A stretch of 64,000 nucleotides of DNA from NCBI RefSeq assembly GCF_000372725.1, contig NW_005201421.1, forward strand, positions 124,001 to 188,000, read 5' to 3'. Of this stretch, positions 1 through 12,239 are shown one piece after another. This stretch comes from Emiliania huxleyi CCMP1516 (Eukaryota). A model generated the notes under the pieces. That model was not told where the DNA came from. It did not search any database and saw only the letters and a list, made by a program, of their open reading frames with translations. Position 1 is the stretch's first letter. The number at the start of each line of letters is the position of its first letter. The translations under genes and the position numbers were made by a program.

Positions 1-400
1 AGCGGCGCGCTGCGTAGCGGGGCGCCGACGTACTCGCTTGACATGGGCAACCGCGGCTTCAACTTTTACATGAGAAAACCAGTCTCGGCCAAAAGGGCGG
101 CGCCTCGTTGTGCCGCCTCCGCCTCCATGTGTTGATTGATCACGCCGACGCCCAACCTGAGGGAGGGTGTAGATGATGTAGAATGTATCGCGCGCCTTGC
201 TAGAGCGCTGTAGAGCTGTAGAGCTGTAGAGCGCTGAGCAAAAACCTGAAACGCCACCCAGGCCGCGCTGGGGCGCTCAGAGATAAAACCTCTTCGCTAA
301 CTAACCATCACGCACTCAGCAATCACAAGGCAAGGCAATGAGAGACATGGACGCTGGTCCCTCCCGCTTACCCAGCGCCCGACCCCCACCGATAGGTGAG

Positions 401-785
401 ATGTTCCGCCAGGCTGTCGCCGCGCTCAAGAACCCCGATATCCAGGCCCATCGCCCGTCCCCCAGCGCCGCGAGAGCCCACCCTACTCTTCACCCCGCAA
501 CCCGCCGCGAGACGCCACCCTAATTTCCTCCACCCCACAATCTCCTCCTCTGCTCAGGTCCCGCTCGCCGGCTCCGCCGCCCTGCTGGCGGTCGGCATCT
601 GGGCGACGGCGGAGCCCACCACCGTGGTCGCCGCGCAGGGCGCAAAGGCTCCCCTCAAGCGCCGCCCGTCTTGGGAGGCCAAGTTCGCTGGCGGGTGGGG
701 CGACACGACCCCCGAGATCGAGGCTCAGCTGACGGCCGCGATGGACAAGATCGGCACGCCGGAGTCGGGCGCAAACAGCCCGTGA
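401..785 (+). CDS. Small hypothetical protein (2 exons, GC-AG intron 446-557) with a short hydrophobic segment
   Basis: ATG at 401 (MFRQAVAALKNPDIQ) splices in frame to VPLAGSAALLAVGIWAT...GANSP* after a polypyrimidine tract and CAG at 555-557. Codons are GC3-rich. Confidence 0.5.
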
Positions 786-1234
786 GAGCCGATAGGGGCG
801 GGCGATGCACGGCACACCACAGCCAGCCAACGCCCCTTCCTCTAGTAGCCTCAGACTCCCGGGCGGCGCGGCCTCGCTCATGAGCCTAGCCCAGGAGCTG
901 GTGGCCGGGATAGACAGCGATCGAGATCGGCTCACTCTTGGTTGCCCTGTGGGATGCATCCCGGCTCCATCACGTGTAAGCGCACCCACACGCTGCCCCC
1001 CTGCGCTCTCTCGCGGCGCCCGGCTCTGGCTCTGCGATGTGGTCGGAGAGCACGTGTGCGGCTGCGCGACACGGTAGGGACATGCAGATGTACATGTGCA
1101 TGTCGATCCTTTGAAGTTTGATGATGCACTTGTTTATGCACATGCAAACCGAACACACTAATTTACGGTGGATACACAACGTACACACAGGCCGCGACCG
1201 CTCGGAGACGACTCAGAGAGGGGGCTGTGTCGTG

Positions 1235-1969
1235 TCAGCTCCCCGCGTCCCTCCGCAAGTCGATGGTCTGCCCCCACCCCTCGTCCTTGGCCGCCGACAG
1301 CGCCAGGATCTCGGTGCTGCCGTCCTCCCTCCTCCGCCCCGTCGCGCTCAGGTTGCACGAGTAGGTCGACGCGCCGCCGTCGGTGGTGAAGATGCCGAAG
1401 AAGCGGACGAGGCAGCGCCCGTCCGGCCGCACGCCCGCGCCGAGCACAATCTCGACGCGGAGCAGCGAGCCGAGGCTCGCCTGCAGCTCGCCGCTCGCGC
1501 CGACGATGCGCCGCGTCTCGCGCACCGCTACGCGCACTGTCTGGTCGGCGGCGGCCGCGTCGTCGGCGGAGAGCGACTTTGCGAGGTTGGGCGTGATGTC
1601 GAGCGTGTCGAGCCCGTCGTCGACGGTGAGGCGCAGCGGCGAGGGGGCGTCGACGAGGAGGGCCATCACCGCGTCAAAGCCCCGCCGCGATACGTCGACG
1701 CCCTCCACCGCCAGGAGGCGGTCGCCGGGAGCGATGTCCAGCGCGGCGGCCTGCTCGGCGGCGGCGCCGCCCTCCTGGAAGGAGTCGAAGCGCACCCCGC
1801 CGCCGTCGCGCTCCTCGAGCACGATGCCGAGCGGCTTGGCGAGCGTCACACTCCGCGCGTAGGCGGTGCGCACGCTGAGCGCCGCCGGCGCAGAGCGAGC
1901 GCCGCGCGACGGCACCGGCCGCCAGGCTGACAGCAGCGACGTGAGGGAGGTGAGCAGCAGCGGGAGCAT
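1235..1969 (-). CDS. PDZ-domain protein with N-terminal signal/bipartite targeting peptide (possibly plastid)
   Basis: Hydrophobic N-terminus MLPLLLTSLTSLLSAW. PDZ-like segment VTLAKPLGIVLEE...IAPGDRLLAVEGVDV...FDAVMALL...LRLTV. Intronless 244-aa ORF. Confidence 0.75.
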   Translation of the reverse strand: MLPLLLTSLTSLLSAWRPVPSRGARSAPAALSVRTAYARSVTLAKPLGIVLEERDGGGVRFDSFQEGGAAAEQAAALDIAPGDRLLAVEGVDVSRRGFDAVMALLVDAPSPLRLTVDDGLDTLDITPNLAKSLSADDAAAADQTVRVAVRETRRIVGASGELQASLGSLLRVEIVLGAGVRPDGRCLVRFFGIFTTDGGASTYSCNLSATGRRREDGSTEILALSAAKDEGWGQTIDLRRDAGS

Positions 1970-2371
1970 TATGTGTGCGCCAGGCGGCGGCGGCTGGGCG
2001 CCTGTGATGTGCTACCGACTGCACTCCAAGTGCTCCAGTGTTGGGTTGTAGATCCCTGGGCGAGGGTGATGGAGGGGGGGGTCCGGCGGCGGAGCACCCA
2101 CCTCCTCCCGGCGTGCCGGGAGGCAGGATGTCATCCCCCGTGATCCAGTTCCAGACCGCCCCGTTGGAGGTAGGCCGCTCGTCTAGCCAATCAGCCTTAA
2201 GCGAGCGGTCTGGCCGTTGGAATGGCCGAGAAGGGGAGGACGACTGTCCCTGACGGCGAACCTCAGTTACGAGCCGCCCTCCCCTCGACGGTCTCTCTTT
2301 CGCTACGTGTTCGACGTCGTCGAAAAGCAGGCGGACATCGCTTCCAGGGAGGGGGGCGCCCTTCTCTGCAC

Positions 2372-2819
2372 GCCCCACCCCCCCCCTAGCATGTGGTGAA
2401 GCCTCTGGGGGGGTCGGGATCCCCCCCCCAGCATGTGGTGAAGCCTCTGGGGGGGGTCGGACCCCCCCCCCCTAGCATGTGGTGGGCACCCCCCAGCAGT
2501 TCGTGGGCTAGGAATAGCCGCCAGAGAGCCGATTTTGCCCCCAAAGTTGTGGAATCGTGGCTGAAAGACCAATATCTTGGAGAATCTGACCAGTCTCAAG
2601 GCTCATGTAGCTCCAAAAGATGATTTTCCCCTCGAAAATGCTGCGAAATGAGGCGTAAAATCAAGGGCCCGGAGGGCCTGACCACGAGTCTCTGGGGGGG
2701 TCCTCGGCGGTGACCCCCCCCCCCCCCCCCCAGCATGTGGTGAAGGTGCTGGGGGGTCGGGACCCACCCCCCTAGCATGTGGTGAAGCCTCTGGGGGGGT
2801 TCGGACAGAATTCGTACAC
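2372..2819. mobile_element. Putative non-autonomous insertion with C(n)-AGCATGTGGTGAAG-CTG(n) repeats at both ends
   Basis: Three repeat units (the last partial) at about 2376-2484 and two at about 2714-2800 surround a less GC-rich core. Removing 2372-2819 rejoins the flanking frames (…GALLC-T-EQQGAVC…). CAC lies at both junctions. Confidence 0.45.
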
Positions 2820-3873
2820 CGAGCAGCAGGGAGCCGTCTGCAGCTACAGTCGCTTCAACTTCACCGCCGTGGCGAGCCTGGCGAGGTCATGCTCGCCTCG
2901 CAAACTCTCGGAGCAGGGGGCTGCAGATGCGGCAATTGCCGAGTGTGAGGAGGGCATTGACGAATGAGCATGTGCAGAGCATCAGAGATTACATTGTTTG
3001 CCGCCGCGTGGACCGCACAGCCTTTCTGCGCAACGTGCAGAGGATCGCCGAGTGCATTGTGCACTTCTTCCTCATCGAGGAACTCGTGGCCGAGGACGAT
3101 CAGCTCATGATCGTGGACTGAGCCGCATCACAGCTCGAGTGCTCTAGGTTGGGGTTTCTCGTATCACCGTCGTGCTCTCGTGCAAGGGCGGACCCACTTG
3201 CTCCACGCCCGCCCCTCGTAGACGGTTACCGGGAGCCATCGGAGATCATCTCGGGTCTCTGAGCGGGTACGATGTGGCGGCGTTCCGTCCGCCGGAGCCA
3301 CGCGAGCGCAGCGAGCCGAAGCAAATTTTGAGCTGTGGCCTGTGGGCTGTGGGCTGTATCTGCTATCTGCTAGTGGCTGGCACATATGCATGCGTTTTGC
3401 CATGTGGCCGCGTTGTGAGTGAGCCCTCTCCCCTCCCCTCGGGGTACGGTGATTGACTCTCTCTTCTCCCTTTTGGAGCACCGCACCGACACACACACAG
3501 GCCACATCGCACATGGCAAAGCCGGCCGGAGCCCCGCCTGGCCCCTGATGGCACCTCTGGGGCGCGATGCTCATGCACCTCTCATGCGCACACATGCGCG
3601 TGCGGGGTTTGCCATGTGGCAGGAATGGTGGACATGGCAAAACAAACGAAAGGACAAAGCTAGAAAGCTTGCGGACGGACAGACAAGAGACATCTCTTTA
3701 CTACTTACCGATGTATTCGCATCGCAGCTATCGGGGCTCTGTGTGGGTACTACAGTACACAGTGAAGTTCACCTCAGAATAGTACTTCACTGGTCAAGTG
3801 ACCCACCACGTACATCCTGCGCACGATAGGCAGTAGATACACGTCACCGAGCTGAGGAAGGAGAAGGCGAAGC

Positions 3874-4761
3874 CTACTCCGAGCGTCGCATGACCAAGTC
3901 ATTCATCCAGCCTGCTCTCCAGTGCACCAACTGCGCTTCGGTGGCGATGTGGTGCCCTTTGTCATCGACCATGCTGTATCCTCGCCGCAGAAAAAACCGG
4001 AGGTAATCGAGGGGCCGCGTGGTGTTGGACTTCTCCGCGATGAGCGAGGGCACATACTCTGTCAGCACGAGCCGCGGCGGCGAGATATCAAAGAGGGCCG
4101 ACCAGCCCTTGGTTACCTCCAGCTCGTGTCCCTCCACATCGATCTTGATCACGTCCACCCGGGAAGTGACGAGGTCATCGATGCGCGTCATGTGCATCGT
4201 GCCCGTCACGACGTAGTCCCTGAAGCCGCGTGACCATCCCCATGAGTTCATGAAATGCGCTGGGTCGCCCTGTCCGCAGACGGCGGACGGGGAGTCGATG
4301 TTTCTTCGGCGGGCGACGAGCGCGCAGTCCGCCGTCGTCGCGCCAACCCCCACCTTGTGCAGCGTGACACGCTTCGCGAAGTGTGCGTTCAGGCAGAGAG
4401 AGCGCTCCAGTCTGGCGGAATTTCTGTCGCTGGCCTCAATGGCGATGACATGCGCGTGGTCGGTGGCGGCGGCGAGCATGGTGAACCAGCCCAGGTTGGC
4501 GCCGATGTCAAGCAGGACCGGCTTGCGCCCGAGCTGTGCGTGCAGCTGCGGCAGCGCGGCGGCAAGCAGCGCCGTCTTCTTGCTGTCCCATATCTTGGTG
4601 GAGGCGATGGCGCCGCTGACGCCGTCCTTGTGCGAACGAGGCACAAGGACGTCCATCTGGTACGGCGGAATTTCGCGAACAGGTTGGATGCCTTGGACGT
4701 TCAGAGAGCCTTCGGGCAACGGGCCGCAATCAGCCGTGGCCGCGAGTGAGATGAAGAGCAT
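3874..4761 (-). CDS. FkbM-family SAM-dependent methyltransferase
   Basis: Motifs LLDIGANLGWF, VIAIEAS and VDVIKIDVEGHELEV. Likely start MLFISLAAT at 4761 (signal-like). Confidence 0.85.
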   Translation of the reverse strand: MLFISLAATADCGPLPEGSLNVQGIQPVREIPPYQMDVLVPRSHKDGVSGAIASTKIWDSKKTALLAAALPQLHAQLGRKPVLLDIGANLGWFTMLAAATDHAHVIAIEASDRNSARLERSLCLNAHFAKRVTLHKVGVGATTADCALVARRRNIDSPSAVCGQGDPAHFMNSWGWSRGFRDYVVTGTMHMTRIDDLVTSRVDVIKIDVEGHELEVTKGWSALFDISPPRLVLTEYVPSLIAEKSNTTRPLDYLRFFLRRGYSMVDDKGHHIATEAQLVHWRAGWMNDLVMRRSE

Positions 4762-5496
4762 CGGGCTCGGGAAATGCGGTTGCGCAAACAGCGCGTGGCA
4801 CCGGCGACAGATTGCACGCGCGCGCCGCGGGCAAGCGGGATGGCCAAATGTTCTGGTCCACAAATCGCGCGCTCCACGCTGCAGCCTCCAGGACGCCAGG
4901 ACCCCACCAGAAGCACCGGGACCCCAAGGTCTCCTCATGGCCCTGACGACGGATCGAGCATCGTTTGCATAGCACTATCGCATTAAAACTCCTGGGCTCT
5001 TGATGCCTAGCCCACCGTTCTGCAGAGGTACGGCCCGGGCGGGTCCTCGCGCCGGGCGTCCTCGCCACACGGCTATCCGTTACAGAAGGGAAGTGTGGTA
5101 TAGAGGGTTACATGGGGGATGCAGACTCGGATGCGTGGCGACGGCGGCATCGCTATCCACCGATGCCGCCGCCCCCTCCACATCTCGGTCGCGGCGCGGT
5201 GCGCCAACTGGGTACGTGGGCTCCCGCATTGGATTTGGGTCAGGCCACTGTCAAAGGTCCCTCTCCACTCTTGCTAGTCCACATTGTTGAAGCTGTCGCT
5301 TGCTCTCGAGAGTTGCTCCAATGTGGGCAGAACCAGGCGGCGCTCGATTCCGCCGAGCCGCCGTAGTTCGCGATCGTCGATTCCACCATGCGGGCCCCGT
5401 CGCGAGGGCCCGTCGGAAATGTTGTCCTTGGAGGCCACCCGGCCGAACCATGGGTGGCACCCAAGGGACACTATCTCGGCTGCGGCGGCGTGAATG

Positions 5497-6378
5497 ACGC
5501 GCTCGCCGCCCCGTGCGCCTGAGAAGCCGCGAATCAGGCTGAATTTGCTTGTCCAGCAAGTCTGACGACTTGTCATATGTCAAACATATGATATTTGATA
5601 TAATCAGGTATGTACACACACGCGAGGGTGCCGACGTGCCGACCTGTACTCACGCCCACGGCACACCGGCCGATCGAAGCCGCTGTCGCGTTTGCTGAAT
5701 CACATCCTCGGCCGCTCTGCCGCGTGCGAGTTCCCGGCGCATCTCGGCCGCAATATCCCGCGGGTCGGGTGCGCACGCGAGGTCGGCCTCGTACATGCTG
5801 CGTGCCGAGGCGAGCTGACCGTTCAACAGCAGCCCCAGGAATCGCATGAAGCGGACAACATCAATGTGCGCCACTCCATAAGTGCTCTCACCATCGATGA
5901 CGGCGTGCCGAACGAGTCCTGGGCCAACTTCGTGGGCGTGCGCCTGAGCACAGAGAGTGTGACAATGTATGACGCGTCACGCTTTGTGATCAAGCCAGCA
6001 ACACGCGCCAAGCACACAAGCTTCGTCGAGCTCATTGCCGAGGGCCGGCAAGCTCCGCTGTACTTCGTGAGCCACTGGTGGGGACAGCAGTTGGCGAGCC
6101 TCGTCAAATGCCTCGCGCAGCACGTCATCGACCGCATGCTCGACTCTGATGACCTAGTCTTATCGTACACGCGAGGGCAAGCAGCGGCGTATTGGGTCTG
6201 CGGTGCATTGCGCCGCTGCGCCTGCACGCAGTCAAATTGCGTTGATCCGCACCCGAGTCTCGACAGACTCTCCGCGCCTGCCATTCTCACGCCATTCTGC
6301 CGAGCACTGTTGTGGATAAACCTCGGCCCGCACACTCCGCAGCATTTGCCGACAACCAGTGGAAGTTTGACGCAGAGT
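5497..6378 (+). pseudogene. Fragment of an 'FVSHWWG…YWVCAFxxNQW' (TIR/HET-like) domain gene
   Basis: YFVSHWWG at about 6061. A GT-AG intron at about 6203-6342 joins YWVC to AFADNQWKFD, then coding stops abruptly at AT-rich sequence. The upstream part looks frameshifted. Confidence 0.5.
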
Positions 6379-6944
6379 TACAAATATTTTACATGTTCTC
6401 TCAAAGATGCATCTTTTAAACTTCGTGAAACTTCTGATAATTTCTTTTGATATCCTTCTTCTCTCCCGTACTACAAAAATTTCAAGTCACTACAAAACAC
6501 TGACATGTCCCTCATTTCACATCTCTCGTGACATGTCCCTGATTTCATATCTCACCCTCCCCCCATTTCCTTCATGATCGGCCATATCACCGTGGGTCAC
6601 CGCTTCCCATCTGAACAGCGAAGTTAAGCACGGTCGAGCTCAGGTAGTACTTCCATCCGGGAGGGGGAGGGAAGGCTGAGTGCTGATCATTTTGCTCCCC
6701 TGCTAATTCCCATCCTTTTGCACGCGCTGTCAAAAGCAACCCTTCGTGTCCAGCTGTTAACACAGAACGAGGGGGGGAAATCAGCTGATCTGGCTCTTTT
6801 GCTGCTCTTTTGGGGGTAAATTGACTCGCGCGCATATACCGGACGCAAGACGACAGGCTCGCGCTCACCGCGATGAGCCCGGGTCGCCTTCTGAGGTGCG
6901 GTTCTGCCTCCAGCCGAGATAAAAAGAAACCCGCGGCACGCGAA

Positions 6945-9900
6945 ATGATGACGCCCACTCTGCCCATCCTACTCATCCACTCCGCCGCCGCGTGGGCGCC
7001 CGACGCGCCTCGTTACTGGCCAAAGTATGGCGGCAGCCGCCAGGTCCGCCTCCTCGACGGCGCTTGGCGCTACGGCTTCATCGACGGCTGGGATTCGGGC
7101 TTCGACTCGATGAATGCCAGCTTCAGGCCGTCGGACGGCGCGACGCCAAACATGACGAGCGTCCCCTCCTGCATGGACGTCGTCGCCGGCGGCGCGGGCG
7201 GCTACCTCGGCCCTCGCGGCGTCGGCCTCTTTCGGACCTCCTTCCGCAGCCCCGCGGCCGGCTCGGCCGTGCGGCTGCAGTTCCAGTCGTGCTCCTTCTA
7301 CTGCCGCGTGTGGGTCAACGGGAGGGAGGTGGGCGACCACCTCGCCGGCGGCTACGTCGCCTTTGCCCTCGACGTGCCTGCAGACGCCCTCTCTCCCGAC
7401 GGCGGCGGAGAGAACGAGCTCTTCGTCCTCGCGGGCGCGCTTGCATCACCTCTGCCCTTCAGCCGCCCGACACCCCTCCCTCCCCTCGCTGGCGCATCCC
7501 GCTGGCCCTGCCGCAGAGCACCGCCCCACACGCCGCCGGCGCGTCGCCGCGCGCCCTCCGCGCCAGCTCCCGGAGGCGCCTCATAAAAGCCGCTCGCTCG
7601 CAGACAACCGCTTCAACGCGACCACGGCGCCGATGCACACGGGGGGCGACTTTTGGCACTACGGCGGGATCACGCGCTCGGTCGAGCTGCACGCTGTGCC
7701 GGAGGCGGGACCGCTCCTGTGGCGGGCGCATGTGGTGCCGTCCTCGTCGGCGGTGGAGGCAGAGCAGCCCGACGGCGCGCCGGCGGCGGTGGACATCTCC
7801 CTCGTGCTGAGCGGCGTCGAGGGCGGGCGGGAGGAGCTCAAAGGGCAGGGAGAGCTCGGCGGGAAGGCAGAGTCTGGAGGGGCGGTAGGTGGGTCGCCTC
7901 GGTGCGGCGGCGGCGCGCAGTGCCCCTGCTGCCGTCTGCTTCTTCTCCCGGAACCGTCGATCACCTTTCCTGGAGCCTTCCTGCAGGTGCCGCATGCCCC
8001 GCGCCCGTCTACTACTTCTCCCTCGCCTTCGACGGCGGGGAGGCGGTGGCGAGGAACGGCACCGCGTCGGGCGGGACGGTGCGGGGCGGAGGGAATTGCC
8101 GCGGCCTGAAGGGCGAGGGCAGGGGAATCAAGGACGAGTGCCGCTGCAGGTGCGTCTTGAAGGCGTGCCGGTGCCGGACGCGAAGCCGTGGTCTCCGGAT
8201 GCGCCGCACCTGCACACGCTGACGGCCACCCCGCGGCGGGCAGCTGCGTGGCTCTTCCGGGGCCGTTGCGGGACCTTTCCAGGAGGCCTCCCTGTAGGTG
8301 AGCATGGGCGGGCAGTCGGTGACCGAGAGGTTCGGGCTCCGCCGCTTTGGCGTGGACAAGGCGCGGAGTTTGCACGAGAGAAGGAGTGGCTCATCTGGAC
8401 TCGTTGACCGTGCGCTGTGGGGATGGGCCAGGCGACGGCGCGACTCACCCTCAACGGAGAGGTTGCCAAGCTGGTTGGCTGGAACCACCACACACAGTGG
8501 CCGGTGACGGCGGCGAGCCCGACCGACGCGCGGCTCGGCGCGGCTGCGAAGAGGCGCTGCTCACGCGGCTCTGCGTGTGGTATAGGCGAGCCCGACCGAC
8601 GAGCAGCTCGACGCCGACATCGCGCTGCTCCGCAAGGTGAGATATTCTAACACACATTGAGCCAAGCCATCTCGCTGCTCCGTCACTGAGACATTACCAC
8701 TTTCTTATAGCATTCCACATGGTGGTATTGCGGTATTGCGGTCTTCTGCCTGCTAGGGCGGCGCCAACCTCGTGCGGGGAGCGCACTATCCGCACGACCC
8801 CCGCTGGCTGGACCGGCTCGACGAGGCTGGGATCCTCTTCTGGTCCGAGACGCTCGGCCCTGCGGTCAGCGTCGCAAACACGAAGGACTGGGCCTTCTTC
8901 ATGGTGCACCAGAAGCGGCAGCTCTCCGAGATGATCGACAACGCCATCAACCACGCGGCGGTCTTCGCGTGGGGCTGGTTCAACGAGGGCCCTAGCGACC
9001 ACCCGGAGGCGAGCCCCCCGCCCCCACGGCGCCAGGCGACTCCTCGGGGGGGCTGAGTGCAGCTGCCCCTCCTCCTCGCCAGGCATGCCCTGCCTATGGC
9101 GCCTGCAGCGCGCTCGCACGGGCCCGCGATCCCCCCCTCCCGCCCCTCGACGAGGCCGGGCAGCACTGCTCTTCACGCGTCCAGCTGTGCACAGGCTCGC
9201 GACCCCACGCGCTTCACGACGTGGGCGGACGACCACAAGACGAGCGGAGCCTTGCTGCGAGCACGCGAGCTCTCCCCGATGCGTGGGCTGATGATTGACT
9301 GTCCATCAACAGGAGCGGAGCCTGCTACGAGCACGCGAGCCTCGTCGCCTTCAACGACTACCCCGGCTGGTACTCGTCCAAGTCGCCGCGTGTGTGGGAC
9401 GGCTTCGCGGCGGCGGTGGCCGAGGGGGGGCGAGCGCGGAGTCGCGGGAGAAGGAAGGGTGAGCGCGAGAAGAGACCAACTGTGAGCAGGTGGCCGAGGG
9501 GACGACGGCGAGCGGCCGCCACACCGTCGGCAAGCCGATGATGATCTCAGAGACGGGCGCCGCCCTCCCTCGTGTGCGAGTGAGCTCCGACGGACGCATG
9601 CCCAGCGATGAGTGGTCCGCGGATAGGCGCCGGGGGCGTGTACGAGTGGGGCGACAACGCGACCGCGTCAAAGTGGACGCTGCAGTACCAGTCGGCGGTG
9701 ATCGGCGAGGACGTCGACGTGGCGTTGGCCAACGACCGCATCTCGGGCATCAGCTTGTGGCACTTTTATGACTTCAAGGTCGACAATTGCGGCAGCACCT
9801 GGCCGTGCCACGGCCGGCCGGGGCAGGAGAGAGCGGCGCCCTCCGCACACAAGACCCACCTAGTCACGCGCTTATTCGTCTCCATGGCTGACTTTCGTAG

Positions 9901-10204
9901 GAGAACGGCACCCACTGCACCTACGACCACCCGCCGCCCACCACCTTCGAGGAGCTCCGCCGGCTCGGCCCGCCAAATTGCACCGCCATCGCGCCAACCT
10001 TCCGGCCCGGAGGTACAAACCGCACGGGCGTGCTCGCCTTTCCTTTTGCTTGTTCACCGCCTTCTTTTTTGTTTAGGCACCAACCACAAGGGCGTGCTCG
10101 ACTTCTGGCGGCGGCCGAAGCCGGCGTTCGCGATGGTGGCGGCAAAGTACCGCGCGGCGACGGGCAGGCCCACTGCCTCAGAGTCTGCGATTATTGTCCA
10201 GTAA
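6945..10204 (+). CDS. Secreted glycoside hydrolase family 2 (beta-glucuronidase/beta-galactosidase-like), multi-exon
   Basis: Signal peptide. Motifs VWVNGREVGDHLAGGYVAF, DFWHYGGITRSV, FGLRRF, LNGE..KLVGWNHH, VRGAHYPHDPRWLDRLDEAGILFW, WGWFNEG (acid/base), KPMMISETG (nucleophile) and NHKGVLDFWRRPKPAF. Many GC/GA/GT-AG introns. Confidence 0.9.
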
Positions 10205-11689
10205 CACTAGGCAGAGCACAAGCAAGGTGGTGCGGCTCCGGCTCAGGTCAGAGGGCCCAGCGACTCGTCGGTTGGGTGTAAACGGGCATCCCCGAGTGGC
10301 TTCAAACCAAACAGGGTGTGAATAGAGCTGTCTTGATGGTGCTGAGGACGAAGCCACCTCAAACTTTGATGAAGCCGCGCGTTTTTATAGTTTTCATTAG
10401 CTGTGAATAGTTATTGCGCCCGCCGCAGCCCGCCCTATTCCACTGGGCACGCGCCACGGGCCACGAGAGCCCTGGAAGAGCCCAGCTGGCATGTTCTATC
10501 GCCCGGGTGGCGGGCTGTCTGCACACAGACGTCTCGTCGCCATGGCTGACGCACGACTGGTCCGACGTGCGGTGGGAGTTTGACCTCAGACAGGCCGTCG
10601 GTGTCGGCGGGCTGACGGCGGCCGCCGGAATCGCGATTCGCTCTGCCAGCTGCCAGCAACCTCGTGTCGCGGCTCTCACAGGTGCAGCTGCCAGCAGCCT
10701 CGTGTCGCGGCTCTCAGCGGTGGTGATTGGTCTTTGCGCCGTCGCTCGACGGCGTCACCACCCATCCGATCTGCGCAGCTCCTGCAGCTCCTGCAGCTCC
10801 TGCTGTCAGTCTTCTACTCTCACTCGCCGCGCGCGGATTGTGCGCCGCACCAGCAGGACACATGCTCATGCAAACAGTGCGAGAACTTGGTTGCGCCGCT
10901 TAGTGGCGGCGCTGCTTTAGAGGAAGCGGCAGCAGATGGAGGCGGCGCGGCATGCCAAAGAGCTGCAATCGCAGTACTGGGGGCGGCAGCGCCAGCAACG
11001 AGCAAGGAGAGACTGGCGGAGGTTGAGCGGCTGAGTGCAGCAAGGGCCAAGGGCAAGAAAAAGGAATGTGGGCGTGGGCGATACGGGCGCCGCTAGGCTC
11101 AACGAGGAGATGCTGTGCAGTTAGAGAGCTCATAGCGAGCTCGATTTTGGATGAGAATTTAGATGAGAAATCCCTCAATTTTGAGAAAAAAACGCCAAAA
11201 AATCGGCGCCTGCGGCGGGCCGCTGGGGCTTCCTCCCCAGACCCCGTTTACACCCGAGCTATGCCCCACGACCTGAGCCGGAGCCTGCAGTCGATTGTGC
11301 TTTTTTGCTTTCATTGAGCACTCGCGTGCGCGCCGTGCGAGAAGAAAAGCGAGGATACATGATGACACGTTGAAAATCTTTCGACGAGCTTGGTTCGCGC
11401 CAGCCGCCAGGGAAGTCGGGCCCAGGCGCGCCACAGCCGCCAGCTCGGGTGCTCGGCGCGCCGGCCGCCGCGTCCGCCGGGCGCCGCTCGCTCTCTCGTC
11501 TCTGCTTCTCGCACGCCTGCTAGCTTCTTGCTCACGCTTTCGCGCCGCCGCCGCCGCCTCCCGCTCGCGCTGCTCGCGCCGAGTGTTGACCTCGAGCGCG
11601 ACTTCTCTTTTTCTCTGCCACCTTCGCTGCCACCTTCGCGTTCTTCAACGCGTTCTTCAACTTCTTCCTTTGCGCATCGTCGCATCACC

Positions 11690-12165
11690 AGAGCGGAACG
11701 TCGGCAGGCAGGTTCTGGGGATGCTGATGCACCCATCGCGCGCCGCGCGCCGCAACCACAGCTGGGTCGAAGTGACGCGAGTGGCGGCCGACTGCCTCGG
11801 CCTCCGCTATCCTGATGGCACACCGTTTGCCGAGGGAGCTTCCCGCGGCTTTCCCGACGACACCGGAGAGGGCGTCCACCGAGGCGACTACGGCTTGGGC
11901 CTTGGCACCGGGGAGGCGACCAACTCGAGCGCCGACCTTTTCCCATATGGTTGCTGGCTCTTCCGCGCTCGCGGCTCGGGTGTCTTTGTCAATGTCGGGC
12001 GCACCCTCGTGGTCAGCACGCGGCGCGACGCCCATACACACAGCGCTTGGCATCCCGTGCTCGCGAAGCAACTTTGGCTGCTACCACCCCGGCGACAAGC
12101 TGTACTGTACGCGAGCCATGGCGAGAGGGTACGACTCGATCCAGATCATGCGTGGTCGTGGGGGG
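11690..12165 (+). pseudogene. Frameshifted fragment of an uncharacterised protein family (WVEVTR…YGCWLFRARGSGVFVNVGRTL…GYDSIQI)
   Basis: Protein-like motifs are split across two frames directly upstream of the ankyrin ATG. Confidence 0.4.
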
Positions 12166-12239
12166 CTGCGCCGCAACACACCGAAAAGAGAAAAACCGCA
12201 CCCGCGGCTGGCACAGGTTTGCTCAGGAATTCTTGCGAA

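Noticed and set aside
2376..2800. Hairpin repeats as a CRISPR array
   Set aside because: No unique spacers of regular length. Better explained as the ends of an insertion.
11295..12239. N-terminal extension of the 1025-aa ankyrin ORF as a real fusion
   Set aside because: The extension is low-complexity sequence plus a frameshifted fragment of another family. The open frame is likely due to high GC.
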